A stretch of DNA of 64,000 nt, from the NCBI GenBank assembly GCA_036339465.1, contig JAYZAY010000056.1:24635-88634 (forward strand). Reading direction: 5' to 3'. How positions within the stretch are numbered: position 1 is the first letter of the stretch; each line of letters opens with the position of its first letter. Made by a program: the position numbers and the translations under genes. Below are positions 1 to 8,703 of the stretch, piece by piece. The notes below the pieces were generated by a model that ran no database searches, was not told the origin of the DNA, and worked only from the letters and a program-made list of their open reading frames with translations. This DNA comes from Myxococcota bacterium. GTDB lineage: Bacteria > Myxococcota > XYA12-FULL-58-9 > JABJBS01.

Positions 1-378
1 CCTGGTTATCACGAACCAGAGTTGGCGGACGAACGCTATCCGGTGATGTTTTTTCTCCATGGACAGGGCATGAAGCATTCGATGTTGAAGGCGGCTGCCT
101 TCGCTTTTCATTCATTTATGGCAGAGGAATATCAGGGCAACGAGACGCCCTGGACAAAATTCATCATCATTTTGCCCGATGGAAACTGTAAGCAGGGTGT
201 GTGTGGTTCCGGGAATTTCTGGACGGATTTTTCAACAGGCGAGGAGAGTCATCGATATCGACAGGATTTCTACGAGCTCCTTGAGCATGTGGATAGGGAT
301 TTTCGCACATTGAGCGGCTCTCCGGTCGATAGCACAGTAGCTCATGGCGGCCTCACGAGAGTTGGAAGTGTTGAATAA
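1..378 (+). CDS. C-terminal part of an esterase-like alpha/beta-hydrolase (5'-partial)
   Basis: Frame is open from base 1 (PGYHEPELADERYPVMFFLHGQG...FIIILPDG...DRDFRT), typical of putative esterase family; no GxSxG in the visible part. Confidence 0.6.
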   Translation, partial: PGYHEPELADERYPVMFFLHGQGMKHSMLKAAAFAFHSFMAEEYQGNETPWTKFIIILPDGNCKQGVCGSGNFWTDFSTGEESHRYRQDFYELLEHVDRDFRTLSGSPVDSTVAHGGLTRVGSVE

Positions 379-497
379 GGCATCGCTAGACGACATGTCA
401 CTGAGCGTTCCTATGACGTATTCTGCGAAACTCCGAACGTAGAACCGGTGGTTCCTAGTCTCTTGGCAGCTCAATCACGTTGTCAGGCGTTAAGTCT

Positions 498-692
498 TTA
501 TCCGCCAGATCCGGGATGGGAAAAGTGGTTATGGATGGATTTTGCGCGAATGCGGGTGGCCCTTTTGGTGCATCTAGTTGTGATTTTGTTTTTGGGAGCA
601 CCGGGGGTAGTTTTTTTTGCATCCGAGTTGGTAGAATTTTTAAGTGACGAAGAGTTTAACTGTGGTTTATGTGTGTTGATTGAATCCATCAT
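498..692 (-). CDS. Possible small basic peptide (64 aa)
   Basis: ATG-started ORF divergent from 765 gene; Ser/Thr/Lys-rich; no family recognised. Confidence 0.3.
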   Translation of the reverse strand: MMDSINTHKPQLNSSSLKNSTNSDAKKTTPGAPKNKITTRCTKRATRIRAKSIHNHFSHPGSGG

Positions 693-764
693 GGGTTTCT
701 GATTCTATGGCGTGTTATTGGGCGAGGGCTGGCTAATTGTTTTCGATGGGGGTAAACCACCACC

Positions 765-1085
765 ATGACCGTCCTCATCTTTTCGTTTTTTATTGCTTTG
801 ACGTTGGGCGTTTTTGGTTGGCGACTGAGTCGCTTGTGGCTAGAAAAACGCACTTGGGAAAAGCGTGATGGTAATCGGTCAACCCGCCCGCTCTCCATTC
901 GTCGCTTTGATGAAATGGAGGCTCATATGAGGGCTTCACCCTGCGCTTGTGGGGGGATGTTTGTGCTTCGTTCGGAAGGTTCTCGAAATTTAGGTGGTCA
1001 GCGGATCCGGGTGGTGCATGCGGAGTGTACCCGCTGCGAGCGAGAGGTGGATTTTTTCTTTCGGATGGACCAGATGCTGAACTAG
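765..1085 (+). CDS. Membrane-anchored hypothetical protein with Zn-ribbon-like Cys pairs
   Basis: N-terminal hydrophobic helix, CACGG and CTRC motifs; GGGGG RBS-like run upstream. Confidence 0.7.
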   Translation: MTVLIFSFFIALTLGVFGWRLSRLWLEKRTWEKRDGNRSTRPLSIRRFDEMEAHMRASPCACGGMFVLRSEGSRNLGGQRIRVVHAECTRCEREVDFFFRMDQMLN

Positions 1086-1410
1086 CGCCTTGAGCCTATG
1101 GCTTTTGGATACTACCGTCCCTCCCCCCATGGTAGAGGCCGTGGCAGGGGCCGTGGCAGAAAATATTGAAAACGCGAGAACTCGCGCTGGATTGATGTGA
1201 GAGCCCCATGGGTGTTATCGGTGGGTGGTTTTATCGGTTCATATAAGAGTGTGGGTGTGGGTTAATACACCGAAAATCATTCAACGGTGTTTAGGGGATA
1301 TTCGAGGTCTTTTCGGGAAGGATGGTTGTTGCCGATGGATGATGAATTGTAGGTGTTTGGGGGCAGTGTGCTTTTTGAAAAAGCGATGTTGGTTGTAAAT
1401 ATGAGAGAGC

Positions 1411-2463
1411 TTAGGGGGTGGTCGAAAGGGCTGCGAGGAGGGTCATAAAGCAAAAGGATGTTCCTAGGATCAAGGCAGTGAGTAACCAGCCATTTCCTTG
1501 AGCGGGTTGTAGAACCACCGACCTGGATGGGGTGGCCACAGCGGTCGTGTTTTGTATGATTGGGCCCAAAACGAGATTTCCTATCACTGATCCGTAAAAT
1601 GGTGTTAGCAAAGTTACTGCCATGGCCGGTCCGAGGGTAGACAGGTTATCGAGATTTTGGAGAATCTTCACACATCCGATGAAAAATCCCATGGCTCCTA
1701 AACCCAGGGCTAAAAGTTTAGAGGTGGATAGAATGGTTTGATCTTTGATGGCTCTGTTTTTGCCCGTCGCTTTGGGTTTTATGCCGTTTTTGATGGCTCC
1801 CCACAGGTCAGTGGGAGAGTGATTGGCCAAAGTAAAGGTGAGGATTCCTCCAACCACCAAAAGGATGCTCGGTGCATCAATGTAGCGAAAAATGTTTGCC
1901 AGACTGGACATGACTCCAACGAGGACGGCGATTCCCAGGATGGAGAAGAGGATGGTGCGGTTTGTTTGGGGTTGGCCACGGCTAGAATTGTCTTGTTCTA
2001 TGTGGGGTGGAGGGGGATCGTCGTTTAAGTCATGGGCACCCTTGACGACCATACGATTCACCAAAGGTCCGATGATGATTTCAGCGAGAATGATGCCGTA
2101 GAGGGAGCTGAGCAAGGCGACGGCCATGGCCGGTCCAATGGTGGACGGATCTTCGAGGTTTGCCAGCATGGTGATTAAGCCTATGAACATGCCGGTCATC
2201 CCCGTGTAGAGTGCTAGGTTTCGCATCGTCGACATGACGGCTATGTGCTTGAGAATTCCTTCTGCAGAGCAGGGGTCGTTGTTCAAAGATATTCTTAATG
2301 CCTCGACAACGTTTTGGACTGAATGCGAAGCCAAGGTGAAGAACATTGTTCCTCCCACCACTACAGCGATACTTGGTAGGTTGATAAATGCTGCGACTGT
2401 GCCATCCATCCAAATGGCGCCAATGATGAGTGAAAGACCGAGTAGTGCGAAAAGTAGTCGCAT
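1411..2463 (-). CDS. Tandem-duplicated MotA/PomA (MotA/TolQ/ExbB) family protein
   Basis: Two copies of 'F(Y)I(N/D)xPSIxxVVGG' and 'IGxxxxLxNLxxxSTxGPAMAVxLLxxxYG'; start set at ATG 2463 after GGGAGGG. Confidence 0.85.
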   Translation of the reverse strand: MRLLFALLGLSLIIGAIWMDGTVAAFINLPSIAVVVGGTMFFTLASHSVQNVVEALRISLNNDPCSAEGILKHIAVMSTMRNLALYTGMTGMFIGLITMLANLEDPSTIGPAMAVALLSSLYGIILAEIIIGPLVNRMVVKGAHDLNDDPPPPHIEQDNSSRGQPQTNRTILFSILGIAVLVGVMSSLANIFRYIDAPSILLVVGGILTFTLANHSPTDLWGAIKNGIKPKATGKNRAIKDQTILSTSKLLALGLGAMGFFIGCVKILQNLDNLSTLGPAMAVTLLTPFYGSVIGNLVLGPIIQNTTAVATPSRSVVLQPAQGNGWLLTALILGTSFCFMTLLAALSTTP

Positions 2464-2715
2464 TTTTCCCTCCCTGTAGTTGATTACGCGAGACCCTGTT
2501 ACGTGAGATAAGCTCACTCCTGCCGTTGCACGCCTTCTTAGAGCATAGTGACCCTGTCATGTTGGCAACAAGAGAAATCGTTTGAGGCTGTGTGGTCGGT
2601 CGTTCTGATGACCATTTTATTAGGGGTGAGATTCAATCTCGTGATTTGACTTCATTGCCATACATGGGATCTTGAGGATTTTTTCGAACTCTCAATCCTT
2701 GATGGTTTCGTTGTC

Positions 2716-3174
2716 CTAAAGTGGGATGTCGGTTTTTTTCTTGACGGTTCGAAGGGCAAAGTTGGACTGAACTCGAACCACTCCAGGAAGTCGAGTTAGG
2801 TGTTTGGTGTGAAGTCGTTCGTAGTCTGCGATGTCTTCTACAATAACCCTTACGAGATAATCGGAGGTCCCCGACATCAAGTAACATTCCATAATCTCGG
2901 GGACACCTCGTACCGCTTGTTCAAATTTCTCCAGTTCTTCTTGGGTTTGACGTTCCAAGGTAATTTGGACAAATACGTTTCCTGGTCGACCGGTCCCTGC
3001 TTGGTCCACGAGCATGACATAGCGATCGATCACGCCGCTGCGTTCGAGTTGCTTTACTCGCCTTAGACATGCGGATTCAGACAGGCCGACATCTTCGGCG
3101 AGCATCACATTGCTCAATCGCCCATTGGCTTGAAGGGCGATGAGGATGGCTCGGTCAATCGCGTCTAGCTTCAT
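2716..3174 (-). CDS. Lrp/AsnC family regulator (AldR-like)
   Basis: LDAIDRAIL...GLSESACLRRVKQLE HTH plus AsnC ligand domain; divergent from ald. Confidence 0.95.
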   Translation of the reverse strand: MKLDAIDRAILIALQANGRLSNVMLAEDVGLSESACLRRVKQLERSGVIDRYVMLVDQAGTGRPGNVFVQITLERQTQEELEKFEQAVRGVPEIMECYLMSGTSDYLVRVIVEDIADYERLHTKHLTRLPGVVRVQSNFALRTVKKKTDIPL

Positions 3175-3178
3175 TTTT

Positions 3179-3263
3179 CGTAGATCCTTGCGTGGCTTTA
3201 CTATTAATTGACCAAAGCTTGCTTAGTCTTAGCGATCTTTGATGAGATTCGCAAGGACATGCG
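3179..3263. promoter_or_regulatory. Two inverted candidate Lrp/AldR operator boxes
   Basis: CGTAGATCCTTGCG (3179-3192) and CGCAAGGACATGCG (3250-3263) share TCCTTGCG/CGCAAGGA in inverted orientation. Confidence 0.45.
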
Positions 3264-3346
3264 CCGGGCTTTTCAGATAAGTAGATGAGTCAGAATGGAG
3301 TGGGGAAAGCGCCCCCCCCCTCGCGACAACGCAGGAGAGCTAAATA

Positions 3347-4432
3347 ATGAAAATCGGTGTTCCAAAGGAAATCAAGAATCATGAGTATCGCGTAGGTTTG
3401 GTGCCTTCGAGTGTGCAAGATTTGGTCGCGAATGGGCATGAGGTCTTGGTGGAAACCACTGCGGGTGAGGGGGTTGGTTTTTCTGATGAAGAGTATTGCC
3501 AAGTGGGTGCCACGATTGTCAGTGATGCGAAGTCGGTCTTCGATCAGGCTGTGCTGATTGTGAAAGTCAAGGAGCCGCAGTTGCATGAATGTGCGATGCT
3601 TAAGTCGCACCAGACCCTTTTTACTTACCTCCACTTGGCGGCGGACAAGGCTCAAGCTGAGGCTTTGCAGGCATCGGGCGCCACGGCGATTGCCTATGAA
3701 ACCGTGACATCCGACCATGGCAGACTTCCACTTCTCACGCCCATGAGTGAGGTGGCAGGGCGTATGTCTGTGCAGGTTGGTGCCTATGCCTTACAGAAGG
3801 CATCGGGGGGAGCTGGTGTGCTTCTCGGTGGTGTTTCTGGAGTGGAACCGGCGAAAGTGGTGGTTCTTGGTGGCGGCGTGGCCGGAACCAATGCTGCGGA
3901 AATGGCTGTGGGGCTCAAGGCTGATGTCGTCGTTTTGGATAAATCAGTGGACAGGCTTCGTGAATTACAATTCGCATTTGGCAACACCATTAAGGCGGTT
4001 TACTCGAATGCTCAGGCCCTCGAAAAACACGTGGTTGATGCGGATTTGGTGATTGGATCCGTGCTGATTCCCGGTGCAGCTGCGCCGAAGCTGGTCACGC
4101 GCGCGATGGTTTCTAGAATGCGAAAAGGTTCCGCCATGGTCGATATATCTATTGATCAGGGTGGATGTTTTGAAACCAGTAAACCCACCACCCATGCCGA
4201 ACCCACTTATGTTGTTGATGGTGTGGTTCACTATTGTGTCACGAATATGCCTGGGGCGGTGGCAAGGACTGCCGCTGTGGCTCTCAATAATGTCACCTTG
4301 CGATATGTTAAAAACTTAGCCAATATGGGAACCGCTCAAGCCATTGAGGAGGATATCCATCTTCGGGCTGGGGTGAATGTCGAGGGTGGGAAAATCACGC
4401 ATGCTGCCGTTGCCGAAGCTTTAAATCTCTAA
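3347..4432 (+). CDS. ald: Alanine dehydrogenase
   Basis: MKIGVPKEIKNHEYRV, KVKEP, YLHLA, PMSEVAGR, IDQGGCFETS, NMPGAV; AGGAG RBS. Confidence 0.98.
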   Translation: MKIGVPKEIKNHEYRVGLVPSSVQDLVANGHEVLVETTAGEGVGFSDEEYCQVGATIVSDAKSVFDQAVLIVKVKEPQLHECAMLKSHQTLFTYLHLAADKAQAEALQASGATAIAYETVTSDHGRLPLLTPMSEVAGRMSVQVGAYALQKASGGAGVLLGGVSGVEPAKVVVLGGGVAGTNAAEMAVGLKADVVVLDKSVDRLRELQFAFGNTIKAVYSNAQALEKHVVDADLVIGSVLIPGAAAPKLVTRAMVSRMRKGSAMVDISIDQGGCFETSKPTTHAEPTYVVDGVVHYCVTNMPGAVARTAAVALNNVTLRYVKNLANMGTAQAIEEDIHLRAGVNVEGGKITHAAVAEALNL

Positions 4433-4623
4433 TCCTTTGACTGTATTGGGACGGTGACTATGGGTTTATAAGTTGACCCTCAATCCCACACCAGCCGATG
4501 GTCTGATAATTTTATGGGTGATTTATTTGTGATTTCTCCAAGGCAGCCGATATCCCTGCGCGTCCCATTGGTTGTGTAGGCGGCCGTAGAAGCATGAGGT
4601 TTTGAGGAGGAGAGCATCGATAG

Positions 4624-5325
4624 CTATTTTTTGGGTGCCGGAGGCACAAAGTCTTTGAGGTCGTCATTGAGCGTGGCCCGAATGTGCTCCACGGTTTTGT
4701 CTCTGAGTCGCTTTTTCGTGGCGTTAAAGGCGCCCGAATCCATGGCGCCTAGTTTAGCGGCTTTGGCGATGGAGACATCGAGCACCTGGTCATGATCGAC
4801 TACCCGATCTAGGTAGCCTACGTCTAGTGCTTGGATTGGGGCATAAATTTGAGCGAGGAGTGTGGCTTCTGTCACAAAGGAGGGGCGGAGTCGTTCGCGG
4901 GCCAAATCCAAGGCAAAAATGGGAAGAGGCATGCCCAGGGCAACTTCATTTAATCCGATTTTGAACTCGCCTTCTGCCCCGATGCGATAGTCGCCGGTGC
5001 AGAGCATGACGGCTCCACCGGCCACGGCGTGTCCAGTGCAAGCGAGAACCAAAGGTTTGGGGAATGAATAGAGGCGAAGGTAGAGCTCCACGCCGGTCTT
5101 GAGTAAAGAGACGGCGCTTTGGGCACTGGCCATCATGAGTTTAAGGTCGAAACCCGCTGAAAACCGACCTTCCCGACCGGCGAGCACCACGGTTTCGCAT
5201 TCGGCTTCGGCCCGGTTGAGGGTTTCCATGAGTCCGCCAATGAGGGCTGGGGTGAGGGCATTGGCTTTGCCATCGTCCATTTGAATCAAGCCCACTCCAT
5301 TGTCTCGTTTTTCATAATTCAGCAT
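4624..5325 (-). CDS. Enoyl-CoA hydratase/isomerase (crotonase) family
   Basis: MDDGKANAL, FSAGFDL, GHAVAGG, IGLNEV; start ATG 5325 after AAGGAG. Confidence 0.92.
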   Translation of the reverse strand: MLNYEKRDNGVGLIQMDDGKANALTPALIGGLMETLNRAEAECETVVLAGREGRFSAGFDLKLMMASAQSAVSLLKTGVELYLRLYSFPKPLVLACTGHAVAGGAVMLCTGDYRIGAEGEFKIGLNEVALGMPLPIFALDLARERLRPSFVTEATLLAQIYAPIQALDVGYLDRVVDHDQVLDVSIAKAAKLGAMDSGAFNATKKRLRDKTVEHIRATLNDDLKDFVPPAPKK

Positions 5326-5405
5326 GCTTGCTCCTTTTGGGGTATCCCCCCTAGATAAACTCCTGTTTGCAACCACCCAGGAGCTAGACTACCCTAACTC
5401 ACATT

Positions 5406-6500
5406 ATGACGAAAGACTATCGACATTTTGGCTGGGAGTGTTCCCCATATTCCAGTAAGACGAGGGCCTATTTTCGTTTCAAGGGGATCCCGCATGAGGA
5501 CATCTATCCTAATATTATTCAATTGAAACGCGTGGTTGAGAAGAGGGTCGGTTTCATTGTGATGCCCACGGTAATCACCCCAGAGAATCAGATGCTTCAA
5601 GACAGTAGCGAAATTATCGACATCTTGGAAAAACGCCACCCAGAGCCCAACATTCGCCCTCCAGGTCCTTGTCTGCAGATGGCTTCATTGTTGCTCGAAT
5701 TATTTGCCGATGAATGGATGCCAATTATCTCAATGCACACCCGGTGGAATCTGCCTGAAAATACGAATTTCGCAAAAACGGATTTTGGTTTCAATGCGGT
5801 TCCGTGGTTGCCGGCCTTTGTGCGGAAACAAGTGGGGGGAGTTCTTGCAAAGAAAATGCAGGGTTATTTGCCTATATTGGGGATTACTCCGAAAACGCAA
5901 CCAGCCATTGAGACTTGGATGAATGAGCTCTTCGATGCTCTCGATGCACATTTACAGAAATACATGTATTTATTTGGAGGGCGTCCCTGCTTGGGGGACT
6001 TTGCGCTATACGGACCTATTTTTGCCCATGTTCGGCGGGATCCAGGTTCAAGGCATCAAATAACGAGTCGAACGCATCTGAATGCCTGGGTGCTGCGATT
6101 GAGGAATCCGACCGGTGTGCATGGAGAATTTATGATGGACGACGAGGTGCCGGCCACCCTGGACTCCGTTTTTCGGAGACTGTTTTTAGAGCAATTTCCT
6201 CTTTTACATGAAACCGTGGCGCGCGTTTCTCAGTGGAGGCAGGAGCATCCGGATGAGGTTCGATTTCCCCGTTCTTTGGGGGATGTTGAATTTAAGCTGG
6301 GGGATGTTTCCGAGACTCGGCGATTGACGACTTTCCCCCTTTGGATGTTTCAGCGACCCTTGGGGTATTACCGGTCGATTTCGTCTGAGGAGCGCAGTGG
6401 TGTTGATGCATTCTTACGAAGGGTAGGGGGATACGAGGCGATGCAAATTGAGTTGCCCCTCCGTTTGACACGAAAGAACTTTCGAGTGGTTGTCGCTTAG
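5406..6500 (+). CDS. Glutathione S-transferase family protein
   Basis: SPYSSKTRAYFRFK, LQDSSEII, ELFADEW, YLFGGRPCLGDFALYG. Confidence 0.9.
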   Translation: MTKDYRHFGWECSPYSSKTRAYFRFKGIPHEDIYPNIIQLKRVVEKRVGFIVMPTVITPENQMLQDSSEIIDILEKRHPEPNIRPPGPCLQMASLLLELFADEWMPIISMHTRWNLPENTNFAKTDFGFNAVPWLPAFVRKQVGGVLAKKMQGYLPILGITPKTQPAIETWMNELFDALDAHLQKYMYLFGGRPCLGDFALYGPIFAHVRRDPGSRHQITSRTHLNAWVLRLRNPTGVHGEFMMDDEVPATLDSVFRRLFLEQFPLLHETVARVSQWRQEHPDEVRFPRSLGDVEFKLGDVSETRRLTTFPLWMFQRPLGYYRSISSEERSGVDAFLRRVGGYEAMQIELPLRLTRKNFRVVVA

Positions 6501-6517
6501 ATTTGAAAGGAGGCAGC

Positions 6518-6997
6518 TCAGCTCTTGATAACACCTTGTTGGATTTGCATTTGAGCCAGTAGATCTTGGGCTGATATTTTCTCGGCGCAATCCTTGTCTT
6601 CCTGTGCATTGGCACGATTGATATTAAGGCTTTGCACGGCGTTTTTGAGGGTGTCATCTTTTTGGTCGAGGAACTTCTGGCCTGATTCACCCCGATCTTG
6701 TTGGGTATCGGCCACCTCGGCGCAATCCTTGTTCGGTTCGGTGGTTTTGGTGGGGTCGATGCCCTCGGTGGCTTGAGGATCTTGTAGGTCGGTAGGGTTT
6801 GGTTCTGGCTGCGCATTGGCAGGGACACCGTTTCCGGTTTTTGTGTCCATTTCAGCGGGATCGTCACCCTTGGCTCTAACTTTTTCTGCTGTTTTTACAA
6901 CGTCTTCGAGAATCACTTCGTTGTTTTGTTGGGCTTCAAATTGCCGAAGCATTTCGCTTACGTCTAATTTTCCACCGCCGCCACCAATTGAGCTCAT
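6518..6997 (-). CDS. Hypothetical acidic low-complexity protein
   Basis: ATG with GAGG RBS; MSSIGGGGG start; internal repeat KDCAE x2. Confidence 0.7.
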   Translation of the reverse strand: MSSIGGGGGKLDVSEMLRQFEAQQNNEVILEDVVKTAEKVRAKGDDPAEMDTKTGNGVPANAQPEPNPTDLQDPQATEGIDPTKTTEPNKDCAEVADTQQDRGESGQKFLDQKDDTLKNAVQSLNINRANAQEDKDCAEKISAQDLLAQMQIQQGVIKS

Positions 6998-7349
6998 GAC
7001 CTAACCTCGCGTTTTTTCTTCAGCTTCCGATAAAAAGGGACGCCAACTTAAATTCTAATGGGTTCTTGGTGCCGGAGTCTACAGTAAAGAGGGCACCTAA
7101 GCACGCTCCTCGATGATTACACGCAGAAAACCAAGTGGGCGAGTAAACCTGGGTTCGGAAATCTATGTTTTGTCACCAGTTTTCCTCTCGGGGGTAGCCA
7201 AGGAAGTGTTTCTTTTATGGGAGAGTGTGTGTTTTGGTGGAAGTGGCGATTGAATCTATTTCCGTGGTGTGGGCATCTTCAACGTGGCCTGTGCATAGGG
7301 CCAGATCGTGAAGGTCACGACGCCACAGGGCCGTTACGCCATCGTGTGA

Positions 7350-8525
7350 TTACTGGTTGGCCTTTCTGAAATTTTTCTGCAACCATTCTTGGAAGAGAGG
7401 AGAGTCTAGGGTGAGCTCAAGATCGTTATGGGAGTTCCCCTGGTAATTGCTGTTGAGTTCTAAGATATCGCCGCTGCTCTTCACATTTTCAAACTGCTGG
7501 TCTTTATGATCAGCGACGGTGAGCTTGGGACCTTTGGTGGCATCAAGGTAATATTGGGTAGATAGTCGGTTGGCACAAAAAAACCAGGTTAGGCCGTAAA
7601 TAATGGCTCCAAGGGTGTTTTTGAGAAGCCTGATGCGTGACTTTACCATGGATCCTGCGGCATCGGGTAAGCTTCGAAAGCCGCGGTCGCAGACGAGGCT
7701 CATGTTGGGGTGATTGGAGGCGAGATAGGCGGCGTGGCTTGCCCCGAGAGACCGCCCGTGAACCAAAATATCGCTGTCTTCGATGCCTTTTTCTCTTTTG
7801 AGCCATGCGCAGATGGATTCCATATCTCTGAGTGTGCGTTGGGGGGTGGGAACTCCTTGGCTATCGCCAAAGCCACGGTAGTTGAAGAGGAGAACATTAT
7901 ATCCCATTTTCTCTGTGTAAAACTTGGCAAGGGTATTATTTGTCTCGTAATGGTCTGCATTGGGGCAGCAAAAGAGGACGGTTTTTGCAGTGGGGTGGTC
8001 CGTTGATTTCAAGTAAACACCGTCTAGATTGATTGTCTTGATGGGATTTTGAATGGGGCCGTAGAGATATGCCCTGACCGGAATTGATACGTGTTCAGAA
8101 TCGTTGGCGGCGAGCAGGGTTTGCCGGAAAATACGTCGGTTTTTTTGGGGCGTTATTTTTTCATTCGTGCTCCATCCTGGGTATGTCACGGCATCCACGA
8201 TTCGGCCGATGGGGAGCACAAGATTGATGAGTTGGCCGGTCAACCTTATGGGACTGAGAAGGATTTCAGTGGTGATTCGAAGTACCTTTTGTCCCCATGA
8301 CGGGTCATCCTTATGGGTGAGGTTTTCTCGTTGTGAGGAGACCGCGTACTGTGGAGCCCGCGCGAGGACATCGGTGGGGGAAATTGCCATGGGCGACATC
8401 GCCACCTCTTGGTCTGTTGGGCTGGATGGGCGAGGGATTGGCTCAATGGGCCAAAGCGTTGTTATTTGAGGTCGGTGGATGGTTTGGATGGGCACGACGT
8501 TTCCTTGGCGAATATCTTTTTTCAA
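7350..8525 (-). CDS. Alpha/beta hydrolase (ABHD-like) with long N-terminal extension
   Basis: FNYRGFGDSQG, GRSLG nucleophile elbow, DRGF, SHN; true start may be downstream. Confidence 0.85.
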   Translation of the reverse strand: MKKDIRQGNVVPIQTIHRPQITTLWPIEPIPRPSSPTDQEVAMSPMAISPTDVLARAPQYAVSSQRENLTHKDDPSWGQKVLRITTEILLSPIRLTGQLINLVLPIGRIVDAVTYPGWSTNEKITPQKNRRIFRQTLLAANDSEHVSIPVRAYLYGPIQNPIKTINLDGVYLKSTDHPTAKTVLFCCPNADHYETNNTLAKFYTEKMGYNVLLFNYRGFGDSQGVPTPQRTLRDMESICAWLKREKGIEDSDILVHGRSLGASHAAYLASNHPNMSLVCDRGFRSLPDAAGSMVKSRIRLLKNTLGAIIYGLTWFFCANRLSTQYYLDATKGPKLTVADHKDQQFENVKSSGDILELNSNYQGNSHNDLELTLDSPLFQEWLQKNFRKANQ

Positions 8526-8550
8526 TTACCTTTTTCAATGGCTGTAAGGA

Positions 8551-8578
8551 TTATCGAAATGCGGATGGGTTTGTTGCG
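8551..8578 (-). promoter_or_regulatory. Candidate sigma-28-like promoter CGCAAC-N16-CGATAA
   Basis: Plus strand TTATCG-N16-GTTGCG; same motif and spacing at 26528-26555. Confidence 0.55.
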
Positions 8579-8703
8579 CTTTTGCATGTGTAAGTGACTG
8601 ATATTAGCGACTATTCACCGATGGACCAGGCGCTGGCTTAAATTTGCATCTCGGCACCGAACTCGATACCAATCAGCAACTCGCCAAAGCAGGAGGCTAG
8701 GCT

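Noticed and set aside
1215..1242. Third copy of the sigma-28-like motif (minus strand ATGAAC-N16-CGATAA)
   Set aside because: The -35 differs and only a 37-codon ORF without support lies downstream
1411..2463. Zorya ZorA defence gene
   Set aside because: No long cytoplasmic tail and no zorB/C/D/E neighbours
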